Origin: an uncultured cyanobacterium
Lineage (GTDB): Bacteria; Cyanobacteriota; Cyanobacteriia; Cyanobacteriales; Nostocaceae
Direction: 5' to 3'
NCBI GenBank assembly: GCA_963740315.1
Contig: CAVUDP010000002.1
Coordinates: 3,648,001 to 3,712,000, forward strand
Length of the DNA: 64,000 bases
The notes under the pieces were generated by a model, which worked only from the letters and a program-made list of their open reading frames with translations, was not told the DNA's origin and did not search any database. Positions within the stretch are counted from its first letter, which is position 1. The number at the start of each line of letters is the position of its first letter. The position numbers and the translations under genes are program-made. This document shows, piece by piece, positions 43,540 to 53,939 of the stretch.

Positions 43540-43795
43540 GTCAACAACCCCCGGCTATAAGCCGGGAGCTTCCAGACCTGTTCTGCAAGCTCTAGTTGAC
43601 CAGACTCAGTACCTTTGAGTACTACGTTTAAAGTAAGAGTTAAAGTTCATACCAGGGAATGCGTAGCTAGTTCCCTGCTCTATAACTGGGTGGTTAAACA
43701 GGTTTATGGGTTAAGCCAGTGCTGCGCCGGATAGTTACCGACTTTAAACACTGTCGTTCGCGCAGCGTCTCCCTTTGGGAGAAAGCTAACTTTAC
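43540..43795 (+). ncRNA. IscB-type omegaRNA scaffold (HEARO-like)
   Basis: Ordered conserved blocks GTCAAC...GAGCTT...AAGCTCTAGTTGACCAGACTCAG...CTACGTT...TACC..GGAATGCGTAGCTAGTTCC..GCTCT...GTTAAACAG...CAGTG...AACACTGTCG[insert]AAGCTAAC.TTAC, with GTCAAC/GTTGAC pairing. Confidence 0.8.
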
Positions 43796-43902
43796 TTAGG
43801 GGTTAACAACCCATTGGAAAAGCAATACGGTACTTAAAAGTACCGTTGTCGCTTTCCTCTGTGTCCTAGAAGAACTGAGTTTCCAGCAACATAGCGATTT
43901 TT
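43540..43902 (+). mobile_element. Non-autonomous IS200/IS605 IscB-type element: omegaRNA plus distal IS end, no iscB or tnpA ORF
   Basis: Starts GTCAACAACCCCCGGCTATAAGCCGGGAGCTT (end hairpin). Ends with a TTCCTC...GAGTTTCC end-like motif and ...GATTTTT, followed by ATGA, a TAM-like motif. Confidence 0.75.
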
Positions 43903-43965
43903 ATGAGAGGAATTGAGTAACGTACTTTTGTAATTAATTAAGAAGTTAAGATTTAGCAAAAAATT

Positions 43966-44889
43966 ATGGATTGGAATAACTGGGTATATTTTGGAGTCGG
44001 ATTAGCATTAGGAGTAGGTATTTGTCAGTTAATGAATAGCTCAAAGGCTTCTAAAAATTCATCTTTTATCGGATCGAAATCAGAAAATCAGCAGGATGTG
44101 TCCGAGCTATCTGAACGGATGAGAGAAGTTGAACTGGCTTACCATATGGCGCGAGAAATGAGCCAGTTTAAAGCCGGGTTTTTAGCACGCACTACTCATG
44201 TATTGCGATCGCCACTCAATGGTTTGATTGGTTTACATCAATTAATTTTATCGGATTTATGTGAAAATCCTGCTGAAGAGCGAGAATTTATCGGTCAAGC
44301 TCACGAACGAGCTTTAAAGTTATTAAATCTTATTGATGAAATTCTGCAAATTGCGAGAGCCGAACATGGCGATAGCAAATTAGATATTCAGTCTCGTTCG
44401 TTAAATGAAATTTTACTCGAAGTACATAAATTAACTTATATGCTGGCTGAAAATCGTAATTACCCGTTTAAGGTATTACAACCGAGCGAGGAAATTTATG
44501 TTTGTACCGACCAGCGTTGGTTAAAACAAATATTGGTAAACTTGGTAGATACTGCTATTTCTAACATGGAAGAAGGTACGATAAATATTTCTGTCAAAGC
44601 ATCTATTGAGAATAATCTTGCTTATATTTGGTTAGATGCTCCAACCGAAGCTATTCCTTCTAGCGAACCGATAGATTTAATTGAGTTGGAAGATAATAAA
44701 GAAACCGACGAACAAGAAGATAAACGCCTCCAAGTCGGAATGAAGCTATTATTAAATCAAACTTTACTTGAAGTAATGGGAGGAAAACTTGAGATTGTTT
44801 CCTATCCTAAAACCGATAAAGACGAACAACTTTCTCGATTGCAAATTTCTATTCCTTTGGGGATTCGTGAAGCACAGTTGCAGCACTAA
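43966..44889 (+). CDS. hepN: Sensor histidine kinase, HepN-like
   Basis: Single N-terminal TM, HisKA FLARTTHVLRSPL, N-box LKQILVNLVD; position after prmC-tsaC matches the recalled Anabaena alr0117 locus. Confidence 0.7.
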   Translation: MDWNNWVYFGVGLALGVGICQLMNSSKASKNSSFIGSKSENQQDVSELSERMREVELAYHMAREMSQFKAGFLARTTHVLRSPLNGLIGLHQLILSDLCENPAEEREFIGQAHERALKLLNLIDEILQIARAEHGDSKLDIQSRSLNEILLEVHKLTYMLAENRNYPFKVLQPSEEIYVCTDQRWLKQILVNLVDTAISNMEEGTINISVKASIENNLAYIWLDAPTEAIPSSEPIDLIELEDNKETDEQEDKRLQVGMKLLLNQTLLEVMGGKLEIVSYPKTDKDEQLSRLQISIPLGIREAQLQH

Positions 44890-45316
44890 AACTTGATAAG
44901 TTTGAGCGGTTGTATATCACCATCGTGGTTGAGGTATTCTGCTCAAAACCAATTTTTTCATAGAATTTTTGCTGGTGAGTAGTCATTAAATAGACACGTT
45001 CTACCTTACTCATCCGGGGATGACTTAAAACCGTTTCGACCAATTTACTACCTAGTCCAGTTCCACGAAAATCTGGGTGGATAACAACATCCCAAATCGT
45101 AGCTCGATAAACACCGTCACTTGTTGCTCTGGCAAAACCAATTAATTGCTGTTTATTCCACACAGCAATTACAGGCTCGCTATTTGCGATCGCTTCTGCT
45201 AAATCCTCTATATTTCGTTCTCTTGCCCAAAAAGCACCATTAGCAAATAGTTCTTGGAGTTGTAAGAGGTCAATTTTAGATTTTGCATCGCTGAATAAAA
45301 TCTGAGAATTATTCAT
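44849..45316 (-). CDS. GNAT N-acetyltransferase
   Basis: [32 protein letters not shown]. Confidence 0.92.
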   Translation of the reverse strand: MNNSQILFSDAKSKIDLLQLQELFANGAFWARERNIEDLAEAIANSEPVIAVWNKQQLIGFARATSDGVYRATIWDVVIHPDFRGTGLGSKLVETVLSHPRMSKVERVYLMTTHQQKFYEKIGFEQNTSTTMVIYNRSNLSSFSAATVLHESPKE

Positions 45317-45533
45317 AAACTTAACCCAGATAGAAGTTCTAATTTTTTAGTTATACCAACACGATTAATAGTTATGCAAAGCCCCTAAATCAGAAGAGGG
45401 CAGCTAGGGATATATAAAAATCTGCAAAACTATATTTTTATTTCTTTTCGCGTAAGTTCTAATTTTAAAACACAAAAATTACACTTTCTCTAAAAAAGTA
45501 TAACAAACTTAACAATAAAAATTGAGTAGAAAT

Positions 45534-45920
45534 TTACTTACAAACCCATTTCCATAAAGGATGAGAAGAACCTTGCTGGCGGATGCGATAAACCTGTTTT
45601 TCCAAACGCTGCTTTTCCGAAACCGGCATACCAACTAAAATATTACGACTTTGCCAAATTAAAACGCTAAGAGTCATACCAATACATAAACTAAGTCCGA
45701 CAGCAGCAAAAGGATGGAAAAACAGACCATATCGTACCGACGACCAAGTAAAGTAATCCTGCAACAACTTAATTTCGGCACGTAAATCCCATAAACACAA
45801 AGGTGCTAATGTCAGCCATAAAAATACAACCAGCAGCCATCGACCATAAACCGTTAGCCGATGCAGCCTTTCCACCTGTCGAACAAAAGATGAATCCGAT
45901 GAAGGTTCTACTTGAGCCAT
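45534..45920 (-). CDS. Hypothetical 2-TM membrane protein (start probably MAQVEP; the upstream ORF extension is repeat-derived)
   Basis: Two hydrophobic segments, C-terminal QGSSHPLW. Confidence 0.75.
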   Translation of the reverse strand: MAQVEPSSDSSFVRQVERLHRLTVYGRWLLVVFLWLTLAPLCLWDLRAEIKLLQDYFTWSSVRYGLFFHPFAAVGLSLCIGMTLSVLIWQSRNILVGMPVSEKQRLEKQVYRIRQQGSSHPLWKWVCK

Positions 45921-45931
45921 AAGCAAGAGAT

Positions 45932-46010
45932 TGGGGGAGATGGGGGGATGGGGGGATGGGGGGATGGAGGGATGGGGGGATGGGGGGATGGGGGGATGGG
46001 GGGACAAGGA
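45932..46010. repeat. (gggggatg)n tandem repeat
   Basis: Visible tandem 8-mers. Confidence 0.9.
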
Positions 46011-46102
46011 GATAATTTTTAATTCCTAACTCCTCACTCTTAACTCCTAACTATTTTTAACATGCAGACCTTTAACATGCAGACCTTTAACCTTAATTAC
46101 TC

Positions 46103-47083
46103 CTAACTGTTAACTGTTACTTGTTCGTTGGTTCCAGGAGAAGGTGGATTTGATTTTTGTTGTCGCTCGCGCCACCAAGCTAGAAGCGTGCTGGCGATAA
46201 AAATACTAGAATATGCTCCGGCGACAAAGCCAATAATTAGCGCTAAAGCAAAGTTTTTTAAGGTTTCGCCACCAAATAGAAAGATTGCAATTAACGATAA
46301 TAAAGTTGTCAGCGTAGTGTTTATTGACCGCGCTAAGGTTTGATTTACTGCATCGTCCACAACTTCAGCTATCGGACGACTCGGATCTTTTTCGAGAGTT
46401 TCGCGGATGCGATCGTAAATTACTACAGTATCGTTAACCGAAAAACCCGTAATGGTAAGTAAAGCAACAATAAATAAGCTATCTACTTCTATACCAAATA
46501 GCAATCCAAAGATCGAGAAAATCCCTGTTGTCATTAACAGATCGTGAAAAGTAGCAACAATGGCAAATACTGCGTAATCTAACTTAAATCGAATAGATAG
46601 GTAAATTACAATACCCGAAAATGCCACTATCAAAGCAGTGATTCCAGTGTTAAATAATTGCCGTCCTAATGTCGGTCCTACTGTATCTATTTGACTTTTT
46701 TGCGAGTCAAAAGTACCAATTCGTTCGCTCAAAGCCTTTTGTAACTGGGTGCGCTTTTCTACATCCAAAGTTTTTGAGCGAATCAGTACGCCGTTTTTAT
46801 CGCCAGTTTCTCTATCGGCAATAAGTTGGATGCTGCTATCGGCTAAGCCCTGTGAGGCTACAACTTCTCGGACAACGTTGATATCAATTGGTTCGTCGCA
46901 GTTCGATGGCAAAGTACAGTCTCGTTCAAACTGCAACCGCGTACCGCCGACAAAATCCAAACTAGGACGAAGCGGTGCGCCAATTTGCTGCCAAGAAACC
47001 AGCATAGAGATAATGCCAGCTAAAATTACAGCACCCGAAATACCCCACCACAGAGTTCGCGATTTATTAACACTAATTTTCAT
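46103..47083 (-). CDS. secF: Protein translocase subunit SecF
   Basis: [36 protein letters not shown]. Confidence 0.97.
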   Translation of the reverse strand: MKISVNKSRTLWWGISGAVILAGIISMLVSWQQIGAPLRPSLDFVGGTRLQFERDCTLPSNCDEPIDINVVREVVASQGLADSSIQLIADRETGDKNGVLIRSKTLDVEKRTQLQKALSERIGTFDSQKSQIDTVGPTLGRQLFNTGITALIVAFSGIVIYLSIRFKLDYAVFAIVATFHDLLMTTGIFSIFGLLFGIEVDSLFIVALLTITGFSVNDTVVIYDRIRETLEKDPSRPIAEVVDDAVNQTLARSINTTLTTLLSLIAIFLFGGETLKNFALALIIGFVAGAYSSIFIASTLLAWWRERQQKSNPPSPGTNEQVTVNS

Positions 47084-48504
47084 TTCGCCACCTGTGCCTT
47101 ATTTGAGCTTGGCAGGTTGGGACAGAAAAGTTCTGGCTTGCGTATTGAAGGAATTCTAATTGCTAAAAACATTAACGTGCGGCTACAAGTAACTGCTGTA
47201 AACATACTAACTGCTACACCTACAGCCAAAGTTACGGCGAAGCCTTTGACTAAGCCAAATCCCAGCCAAAACAGCGCTGCACAGGCAATCAGTGTTGTGA
47301 TATTGCTATCTAAAATACTAGACCATGCTCGGTAAAAACCAGATTCGACGGAGCGATAAAGTGACTTACCAGCTCGTAACTCTTCTCGCGTGCGTTCAAA
47401 AATTAGTACGTTAGCATCAACTGCCATACCAATACTCAGGATAAAACCGGCGATACCGGGTAAGGTTAAAGTTACGCCAAGCAAAGCGAAACAAGCCCAA
47501 GTAAAAAGGGCATAAATTATCAGCGCGATATCGGCAATTAATCCTGGTAGTCTGTAGTAAACCACCATAAATATTAATACTAAAGCCAAACCACCAACAC
47601 CAGCATAAATACTGCGTTGGATGCTGTCTCTTCCCAATGTGGCACCGACTGTACGATTTTCGACAATTTCTATCGGTACTGGCAGCGAACCACCGCGCAA
47701 CTGCACTGCTAAATCTTGAGCATCCTGGGCTGTAAAACTACCTGAAATTTCAGCATTACCACCAGTAATTCCCGTATTAGCAAATTTCACGGCTACAGAA
47801 GCAGCGCTAATTAATTCATTATCAAGAAAAATACCAATACTGCGTCCGGTACCCGCCAGATTTTTGGTTAAATCCGCGAACAGCTGACCACCTTCTGGAT
47901 TAAACTGAAGTCCTACAGCCCAACTACCGCCACCTTGTTGGGGGCTATAAGGGCTGGCATTAGTTAGATATTTACCCGTTAGCGGCGGTTTTAAACTTTC
48001 AAATAATTCGGCGATCGCCTGTTGATTTATTTTTAGTTCTTGTTGATTTTTCTCAATTGCACCAGCATCTTTAACTTCAGCAGAAATTAACTCTGCTTGT
48101 TTGGCTTTGAGTTGTTCGCGATTGGCTCGTAAAGCAAAAAGTTGAGTTTCTGTTCCCGGCTTCTGAGTCATAAACTCTAATTGTGCCGTACCACCCAAAA
48201 CCCGTTCGGCTTGCGCTGGATTATCAACTCCAGGTAGCTGAACCAAAATTTTATCCGTTCCAGCACTTTGAATTACAGGCTCCGAAACTCCGAGTCCATT
48301 AACTCGATTACCGAGAACTGTTTGTACTGCTTCCAATTCACGTTCGCCTATCTGCTTAATTTCTGGAGTAGTCTTAACCTGAATAGTCAGTTGCGAACCC
48401 CCCCGCAAATCCAGCCCCAAAGGCACCGGAATTGTGGCGATCGTCGTCACTGCGGCAATTACCAGAACAAAAATCAAAGCTAAAAACAATTGCTGTTTTT
48501 GCAT
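47080..48504 (-). CDS. secD: Protein translocase subunit SecD
   Basis: [33 protein letters not shown]. Confidence 0.97.
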   Translation of the reverse strand: MQKQQLFLALIFVLVIAAVTTIATIPVPLGLDLRGGSQLTIQVKTTPEIKQIGERELEAVQTVLGNRVNGLGVSEPVIQSAGTDKILVQLPGVDNPAQAERVLGGTAQLEFMTQKPGTETQLFALRANREQLKAKQAELISAEVKDAGAIEKNQQELKINQQAIAELFESLKPPLTGKYLTNASPYSPQQGGGSWAVGLQFNPEGGQLFADLTKNLAGTGRSIGIFLDNELISAASVAVKFANTGITGGNAEISGSFTAQDAQDLAVQLRGGSLPVPIEIVENRTVGATLGRDSIQRSIYAGVGGLALVLIFMVVYYRLPGLIADIALIIYALFTWACFALLGVTLTLPGIAGFILSIGMAVDANVLIFERTREELRAGKSLYRSVESGFYRAWSSILDSNITTLIACAALFWLGFGLVKGFAVTLAVGVAVSMFTAVTCSRTLMFLAIRIPSIRKPELFCPNLPSSNKAQVAK

Positions 48505-48610
48505 ACCATCCCCCCTTAAGCGCGACAAACGCTATAATAGCGCTTCTTTATCAGTTATGAGTGAAGAGTTCTTAATTTTACCAAAATTTTGGGTTTAAAG
48601 CCCCGTTCTT

Positions 48611-48672
48611 GGGAAGAGGGGGGAGAGGGGGAGAGGGGGAAGATGGAGGATAAGGGGACAAGGAGACAAGGA
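48611..48672. repeat. G/A-rich STRR-type repeats
   Basis: gggagag/ggagacaa tandem units. Confidence 0.75.
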
Positions 48673-48742
48673 GAATTCAACTATTAAACTTTCTAATTCC
48701 TAATTCCGGTGGTCCTAATTCCTAACCCCCAATCCAAAATTC

Positions 48743-49726
48743 TTAGACTTTTGCTGCAACCATTTTTTCTACTGCTTCAACGATTTGCTCTGGTTGAACA
48801 ATGGTCAATCTTTCCAAGTTACCGTTGTAAGGTGTGGGAATATCTTGGGAAGAAAGCCGCAGCACTGGCGCATCCAATTCGTCAAATAAGCGTTCGTTGA
48901 TTGAAGCAATAATTTCTGCTGCTACACCCCCGGTTCTCATGCATTCTTCTACAATAATTACTCGGTGGGTTTTACGTATAGATTCACTGATGGTATCAAA
49001 ATCTAAGGGTTTTAAAGAAATTAGATCGATAACTTCTGGGTCGAAACCTGATTTTTCTAATGTCTTCACGGCTTGCATGACGTGATGGCGCATCCGCGAG
49101 TAAGTAAGTATTGTGACATCTTTACCGCTGCGTACAACTTCTGCTTTATCTAATGGCAGCAGGTATTCTTCTTCGGGTAAATCTTCTTTTAAGTTATAAA
49201 GCAGTACGTGTTCAAAAAACAATACCGGATTATTATCGCGAATAGCTGATTTTAATAAACCTTTGGCATTGTAAGGCGTGGAGCAAGCAACAATTTTTAA
49301 CCCAGGAACAGCTTGGAAATAAGCTTCCAAACGCTGGGAATGTTCTGCACCTAGCTGTCTTCCGACTCCACCCGGACCGCGAATGACTAAAGGAATTTTG
49401 AAATTACCCCCGCTCGTGTAGCGCAACATCCCGGCATTATTGGATATTTGGTTAAAGGCTAATAGCAAAAAGCCCATATTCATGCCTTCAATTATCGGTC
49501 TTAACCCCGTCATTGCCGCACCGATCGCCATTCCCGTAAAACTATTTTCGGCGATGGGTGTATCTAATATTCTCAGGTCGCCATATTTTTTGTGTAAATC
49601 TTTAGTAACTTTGTAGGAACCACCATAATGTCCTACATCTTCACCAAGTACCATCACGGTTTTATCGCGAGCCATTTCTTCATCAGTGGCTTCCCGTAAA
49701 GCATTAAAAAATAGTGTTTGTGCCAT
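48743..49726 (-). CDS. pdhB: Pyruvate dehydrogenase E1 beta subunit
   Basis: [30 protein letters not shown]. Confidence 0.97.
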   Translation of the reverse strand: MAQTLFFNALREATDEEMARDKTVMVLGEDVGHYGGSYKVTKDLHKKYGDLRILDTPIAENSFTGMAIGAAMTGLRPIIEGMNMGFLLLAFNQISNNAGMLRYTSGGNFKIPLVIRGPGGVGRQLGAEHSQRLEAYFQAVPGLKIVACSTPYNAKGLLKSAIRDNNPVLFFEHVLLYNLKEDLPEEEYLLPLDKAEVVRSGKDVTILTYSRMRHHVMQAVKTLEKSGFDPEVIDLISLKPLDFDTISESIRKTHRVIIVEECMRTGGVAAEIIASINERLFDELDAPVLRLSSQDIPTPYNGNLERLTIVQPEQIVEAVEKMVAAKV

Positions 49727-50065
49727 TAGACCAAAAATAACGAATATTGTTTTAGAATCTTATCGCGTCTCCGTAAAAAATACAGTGGAGAATAGCACCA
49801 GTTATGCAAAAATGTTAAATTGTTTTCGAGCGTTTTGAGTTGTTCACTGGACACAAGAGTAACCCTCTGGTTGACTCAACAGTTAGTTCAATAGACGGAA
49901 AGTTTCCGTATAATAAATAGTTAGCCCTCCGCAGAACAAGCGAGATCGGCAAGTTCATCGTTGAACAAGTCTGCCATCAAAAGCCTAGATCGTTCGCTTT
50001 TACACCTCTACCTGCTAGACTATCGTATTGCTGCTCCGTCTTTTCCATTTAAGTTGACTCGCCCT

Positions 50066-50644
50066 ATGGATTCGATGCCTTTGCCTACTGTCAATGAACA
50101 ATTAACAGATCTAGAAATTTTTTTGGCAATTCAGGCACGGCAGGTCAAAGCCTTAGACATACTGTCCGATCGCTACGGCAGACTCGTATACAGCACGGCA
50201 GTTCAGATCCTCAACAACATTGAAGAAGCTGAAGAGGTGACTCAAGAAACATTCCTTCGCCTTTGGCAGCGCAGCGACATCTATCAGCCTCGTAAAGGAT
50301 CGCTCAGCGGCTTTCTCATCACCCTAACTCGATCGCGTTCCATCGATCGAGTACGATCGCGCCAGTCCAACCAGCGAAAACTTCAGCGATTTCAAACCTT
50401 CTCAGAGGGCGCACCAGACTATAATCCCCCGCTAGAATTTGTTACTGTGGAGGAGCGAACTCAGCTAGTCCGTGAAGCGCTTAAGCAGCTTTCACCCGAA
50501 GACAGGCATCTGCTAGAAACCGCCTATTATGAGGGACTGAGCCAGTCAGACATAGCGAAGCGAGAGGGCATTCCCCTCGGCACTGTCAAATCCCGCGCTC
50601 GTCAAGCCCTCAAAAAGCTTCGCGCAGCACTCAATCTCGTTTGA
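50066..50644 (+). CDS. ECF sigma factor (SigK-like); the ORF track start at 49961 is probably too far upstream
   Basis: AEEVTQETFLRLW, RSRSIDRVR, AYYEGLSQSDIA..GIPLGTVKSR. Confidence 0.92.
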   Translation: MDSMPLPTVNEQLTDLEIFLAIQARQVKALDILSDRYGRLVYSTAVQILNNIEEAEEVTQETFLRLWQRSDIYQPRKGSLSGFLITLTRSRSIDRVRSRQSNQRKLQRFQTFSEGAPDYNPPLEFVTVEERTQLVREALKQLSPEDRHLLETAYYEGLSQSDIAKREGIPLGTVKSRARQALKKLRAALNLV

Positions 50645-51519
50645 TCGCTCCTATGCCAACCCAAACCACTATGATTCGCGACGATGACAACCCCAACGAA
50701 ACGGATTTAGTAGCAGGCTTTATTCTCGACGATCTGAGTCATGAGGAAGCCGATCGCTTAAATCAGGCGATCGCACAATCCCCCGCGATCGCTGGCGAAA
50801 TCGAGTCCTTTCGAGAAGCCTTTGCGCTGCTTCCCTACGATATGCCGCTGCTAGAACCCTCCGCTCGCCTCAAGGACAAAATTATTAGTGCCGCGCTTGC
50901 CTCAGCAGCCGTCCCTCATTCAGACTCACCTCGTTCCAATGTTGTTCCCTTCGCCCCAAGTCGTCGCAATTGGAAACAATGGATACCTACGATCGCCACG
51001 AGTATTGCAGCCGGAGCAGTCATAGCGCTGGGGTTAAACCAGGTTCAACTGAGTCGGCAGGTTCAGCAAACGGTCGCCCTTGAGCAACAGCTTGAAGCCA
51101 AGAATACCGAGCTAAAGCGGCTTCGCAATGAACTGCAAGCGAATCAACAAGCGATCGCGCAACTCGGTCAACCGGGTACACAGATATATTCGCTGGTTGG
51201 CGCAAAATCAAACCCGAAAAACAGCCGTCTTGCTACGGCACGCCTCTTGGCAAAGTCGGGCGATCGTACCGTGACGCTCGTTGCTCAAGGGATGCCCAAG
51301 CTCTCAGACAATCAAATCTATCGGCTTTGGTCAGTTGCCAAGCCCTCCTCTGCTCCGATGTACTGCGGACAGTTTCGCCAAAATGACAGCGGTACGGCAC
51401 AATGGATTGCTCCAAATGCAGCCTGCACCAAGAATCCTTCGCAGTTGCTAATCACGTTAGATGCCCCGACCGATCCGATTACCTCCGCTGGACCATTAGT
51501 AATGCGAAGCTTCAGTTAA
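50641..51519 (+). CDS. RskA-family anti-sigma factor
   Basis: Coupled to the sigma gene; N-terminal ASD, TM, coiled coil, QIYRLW, ITLD..GP. Confidence 0.88.
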   Translation: MIAPMPTQTTMIRDDDNPNETDLVAGFILDDLSHEEADRLNQAIAQSPAIAGEIESFREAFALLPYDMPLLEPSARLKDKIISAALASAAVPHSDSPRSNVVPFAPSRRNWKQWIPTIATSIAAGAVIALGLNQVQLSRQVQQTVALEQQLEAKNTELKRLRNELQANQQAIAQLGQPGTQIYSLVGAKSNPKNSRLATARLLAKSGDRTVTLVAQGMPKLSDNQIYRLWSVAKPSSAPMYCGQFRQNDSGTAQWIAPNAACTKNPSQLLITLDAPTDPITSAGPLVMRSFS

Positions 51520-51749
51520 GCAATCGAAGTAGTTCCGGCAGGGACATTAAACCTTCAAGCCTCAGCAGATGCAGGAGCAGCGAGATGCGCTCAAAGCATC
51601 ACGTCCTTGCTCGTCTTTCTTCGTTTTCAATCCGGAAGTTTTTCGTGAACTCATCTTTGATGTGGGTGTGCGCCCCGACCTAGATAAAAGGCTGCGGGAA
51701 GATACTTCTGGAACTACTTTTTTTAAGTAGATACGACTCAAAAAAAGAT

Positions 51750-51777
51750 TCATCCGATCGCAATCTCGCCTCGTATA
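51750..51777 (+). promoter_or_regulatory. Putative ECF promoter of the fasciclin gene
   Basis: TCATCC-N16-CGTATA, ~35 bp before the ATG; matches the -35 (T/C)(G/C)ATCC and -10 CGTA/CGAA pattern of RskA-regulated ECFs. Confidence 0.65.
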
Positions 51778-51812
51778 CCTATTGAAGGTCCCCTTATCCC
51801 CCAAAGAAAACA

Positions 51813-52402
51813 ATGAAACTCTCCAGTTCTTTCAAATTCGCGAACAAATTTGCAGGTATTGCGGCTGCACTGCTACTGATGCCAATCGCCGTCGCTTGCC
51901 AAGACCAGAATACTACCACCACGCCAGCCCCCACTGCCGAGGCTACCCCATCCACGACCGAAGGCACCGCGTCAAGCCAGACAATTGTGGAGACGGCGAT
52001 CGCCAACGGCTCTTTCAACACCCTAGTCGCCGCTGTAAAAGCTGCCGATCTGGTCGATACGCTCAATGGGGCAGGACCTTACACCGTGTTTGCTCCGACC
52101 GATGAGGCGTTTGCCGCACTGCCTGCCGGGGTATTAGACAAGCTCTTGCTACCTAAAAATAAAGCAACGCTAACCAAGATCCTCACCTACCACGTGGTTG
52201 CTGGCAATGTTCCTGCAAGCGCGGTCAAGACGGAACCGTGCCCAGCGTTGAGGGTGCAAATTTGAACCTGACAGCCGATGCAGGAAACGTCACTGTCAAT
52301 GATGCCAAGGTTGTGCAAGCTGATGTGGCAGCCAGTAACGGCGTTATCCATGTGATTGATGCGGTGCTGCTACCGCCTAATTTGGATCTTTCTACGCTGT
52401 AG
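51813..52402 (+). pseudogene. Fasciclin (FAS1) domain lipoprotein with a 1-bp frameshift at ~52231
   Basis: Lipobox [22 protein letters not shown]; continues in a shifted frame GTVPSVEG...VQADVAASNGVIHVIDAVLLPP to TAG at 52400-52402. Confidence 0.85.
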
Positions 52403-52683
52403 TAGCTACTAATGGCACCTGTACTCGTGTTCCTTTCAACCCACTTACAAAAAAGGCAGTCGGCAATCGGCAGTGGGTAAAAAGTATCAATTTAAACTAA
52501 AGTTGCTGAGTTTAGAGCTTCAGTAAAAATAAATAATTATACAGAGGCTGCTTGCACAGAGGTATAAAACGTCAATTTTTCATTCACGCGGAGCGTGTGG
52601 ATCATCTCACTCTTTTAAGGGTGAGTCACTACTGCCTACTGCCCACAGCAAAGCTGCCTATGAACTCGATTCAATTGTCAAAA

Positions 52684-53939
52684 CCGCTTTCTAAAAATTA
52701 GACAAAGTTGAACATTGCCTGTTTCTTAGTTCCTGCTTCATCTTTATAGAGTCGGCTCTTGCTCCTCCACAGGCATAAATTCGGGTTCAGCTAACCCTAG
52801 CAAATTCAAACTAGCTGAGTAATCTCTATCAGCTACCCAATCACAATCATAATTGTCACATCGATAAACTCTCATAGATAATGGCAGTTTATCTTTTTTA
52901 TGTCCACAAGACGGACAGAGTTTAGAACTAGGAAAAAAACGGTCAGCAATAATTAATTTACTGCCATACAGTTCAGTTTTATAAGTTAGCTGTCTCCTAA
53001 ATTCATAAAACCCCGAATTACCAATAGCTTTTGACAATTTACCGTTTTTCATTAATCCCGAAACATTCAAATTTTCAATGACGATTTTGCTGTGGTTAGA
53101 CGCTAAATTCGTCGTTAACTTATGAATAAAATCGTCACGAATACAACTAATACGATAATGTAGTAAAGCTATTTTTTGTTGAGTTTTTTTCCAATTTGAT
53201 GAACCAACTACTTTATGGCGATTGCGCCATTGTAATAATCGTAATTTTCTCTCTAATTTTTTATAAGGTCTGGGGGAACTAACTTCTTCTCCTGTTGATA
53301 AAGTCGCAAATCTGAGTAAACCTAAGTCCACTGCTACTGGATTATTTTTTTGTTTTAAATCTTTGGGTGTAACTTCTAACTTAAAACTAATAAACCATCT
53401 AAGAGCTTTTCGACTAATAGTTACGGATTTAGGATTAATTGTTTGGGGTAGTCTCTCGTAAGTTTTAAGCCAACCAATTCTTGGTACTTTTATCCGATTT
53501 CTTTCTAATTTTATAGAGCCATCTAAAGTAAAGCTATCATGCCTTCCTTTTTTCTTGAAACGAGGTGGTTTCTTCAATTTTTTGAAACAATCATCCCAGG
53601 CTTTCCTTAAATGTCTTAAAGCATATTGGGGCGCACATTTTGATACTGAGTAATACCAAGGATATTCTGGTTTTACTAAACCTACTAACCATTTATGTAA
53701 ATCAATTGATGTGGGAAATTTGATTTTATCTTCTGGGTTCAGATGGTTGTTGTCTAAAATATTTTTTGTTAACCGTAATCCCCAATTCCAAGCGTGTCTT
53801 GCTACTCCCGCATGCTGGGCTAACAGAATTTTTTGTGTAATATTAACGATCAATTCTGTTTTAAACCCTAACAGCATTTTACTTCATCTTAAAAGAGCGT
53901 TTGTTAGACTTACACAAACTTACGAACAATCTATCACGG
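52684..53939 (-). mobile_element. IS607-type element carrying tnpB only (tnpA absent)
   Basis: On the - strand it starts CCGTGATAGA with short direct repeats (GTAAGTTT/GTAAGTCT) and ends ...TTTAGAAAGCGG. Only ~60 bp separate the left end from tnpB. Confidence 0.7.
52744..53877 (-). CDS. tnpB: RNA-guided endonuclease TnpB
   Basis: HTH ARHAWNWGL, PRFKKK, RuvC D (VDLG), E (IENL), D (DRD), zinc finger CPSC..C..C. Confidence 0.95.
   Translation of the reverse strand: MLLGFKTELIVNITQKILLAQHAGVARHAWNWGLRLTKNILDNNHLNPEDKIKFPTSIDLHKWLVGLVKPEYPWYYSVSKCAPQYALRHLRKAWDDCFKKLKKPPRFKKKGRHDSFTLDGSIKLERNRIKVPRIGWLKTYERLPQTINPKSVTISRKALRWFISFKLEVTPKDLKQKNNPVAVDLGLLRFATLSTGEEVSSPRPYKKLERKLRLLQWRNRHKVVGSSNWKKTQQKIALLHYRISCIRDDFIHKLTTNLASNHSKIVIENLNVSGLMKNGKLSKAIGNSGFYEFRRQLTYKTELYGSKLIIADRFFPSSKLCPSCGHKKDKLPLSMRVYRCDNYDCDWVADRDYSASLNLLGLAEPEFMPVEEQEPTL

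Noticed and set aside
45517..45528. Short match (11 nt) to the predicted IscB guide
   Set aside because: AT-rich and short, lacks the TAM-proximal end and ATGA; expected by chance.
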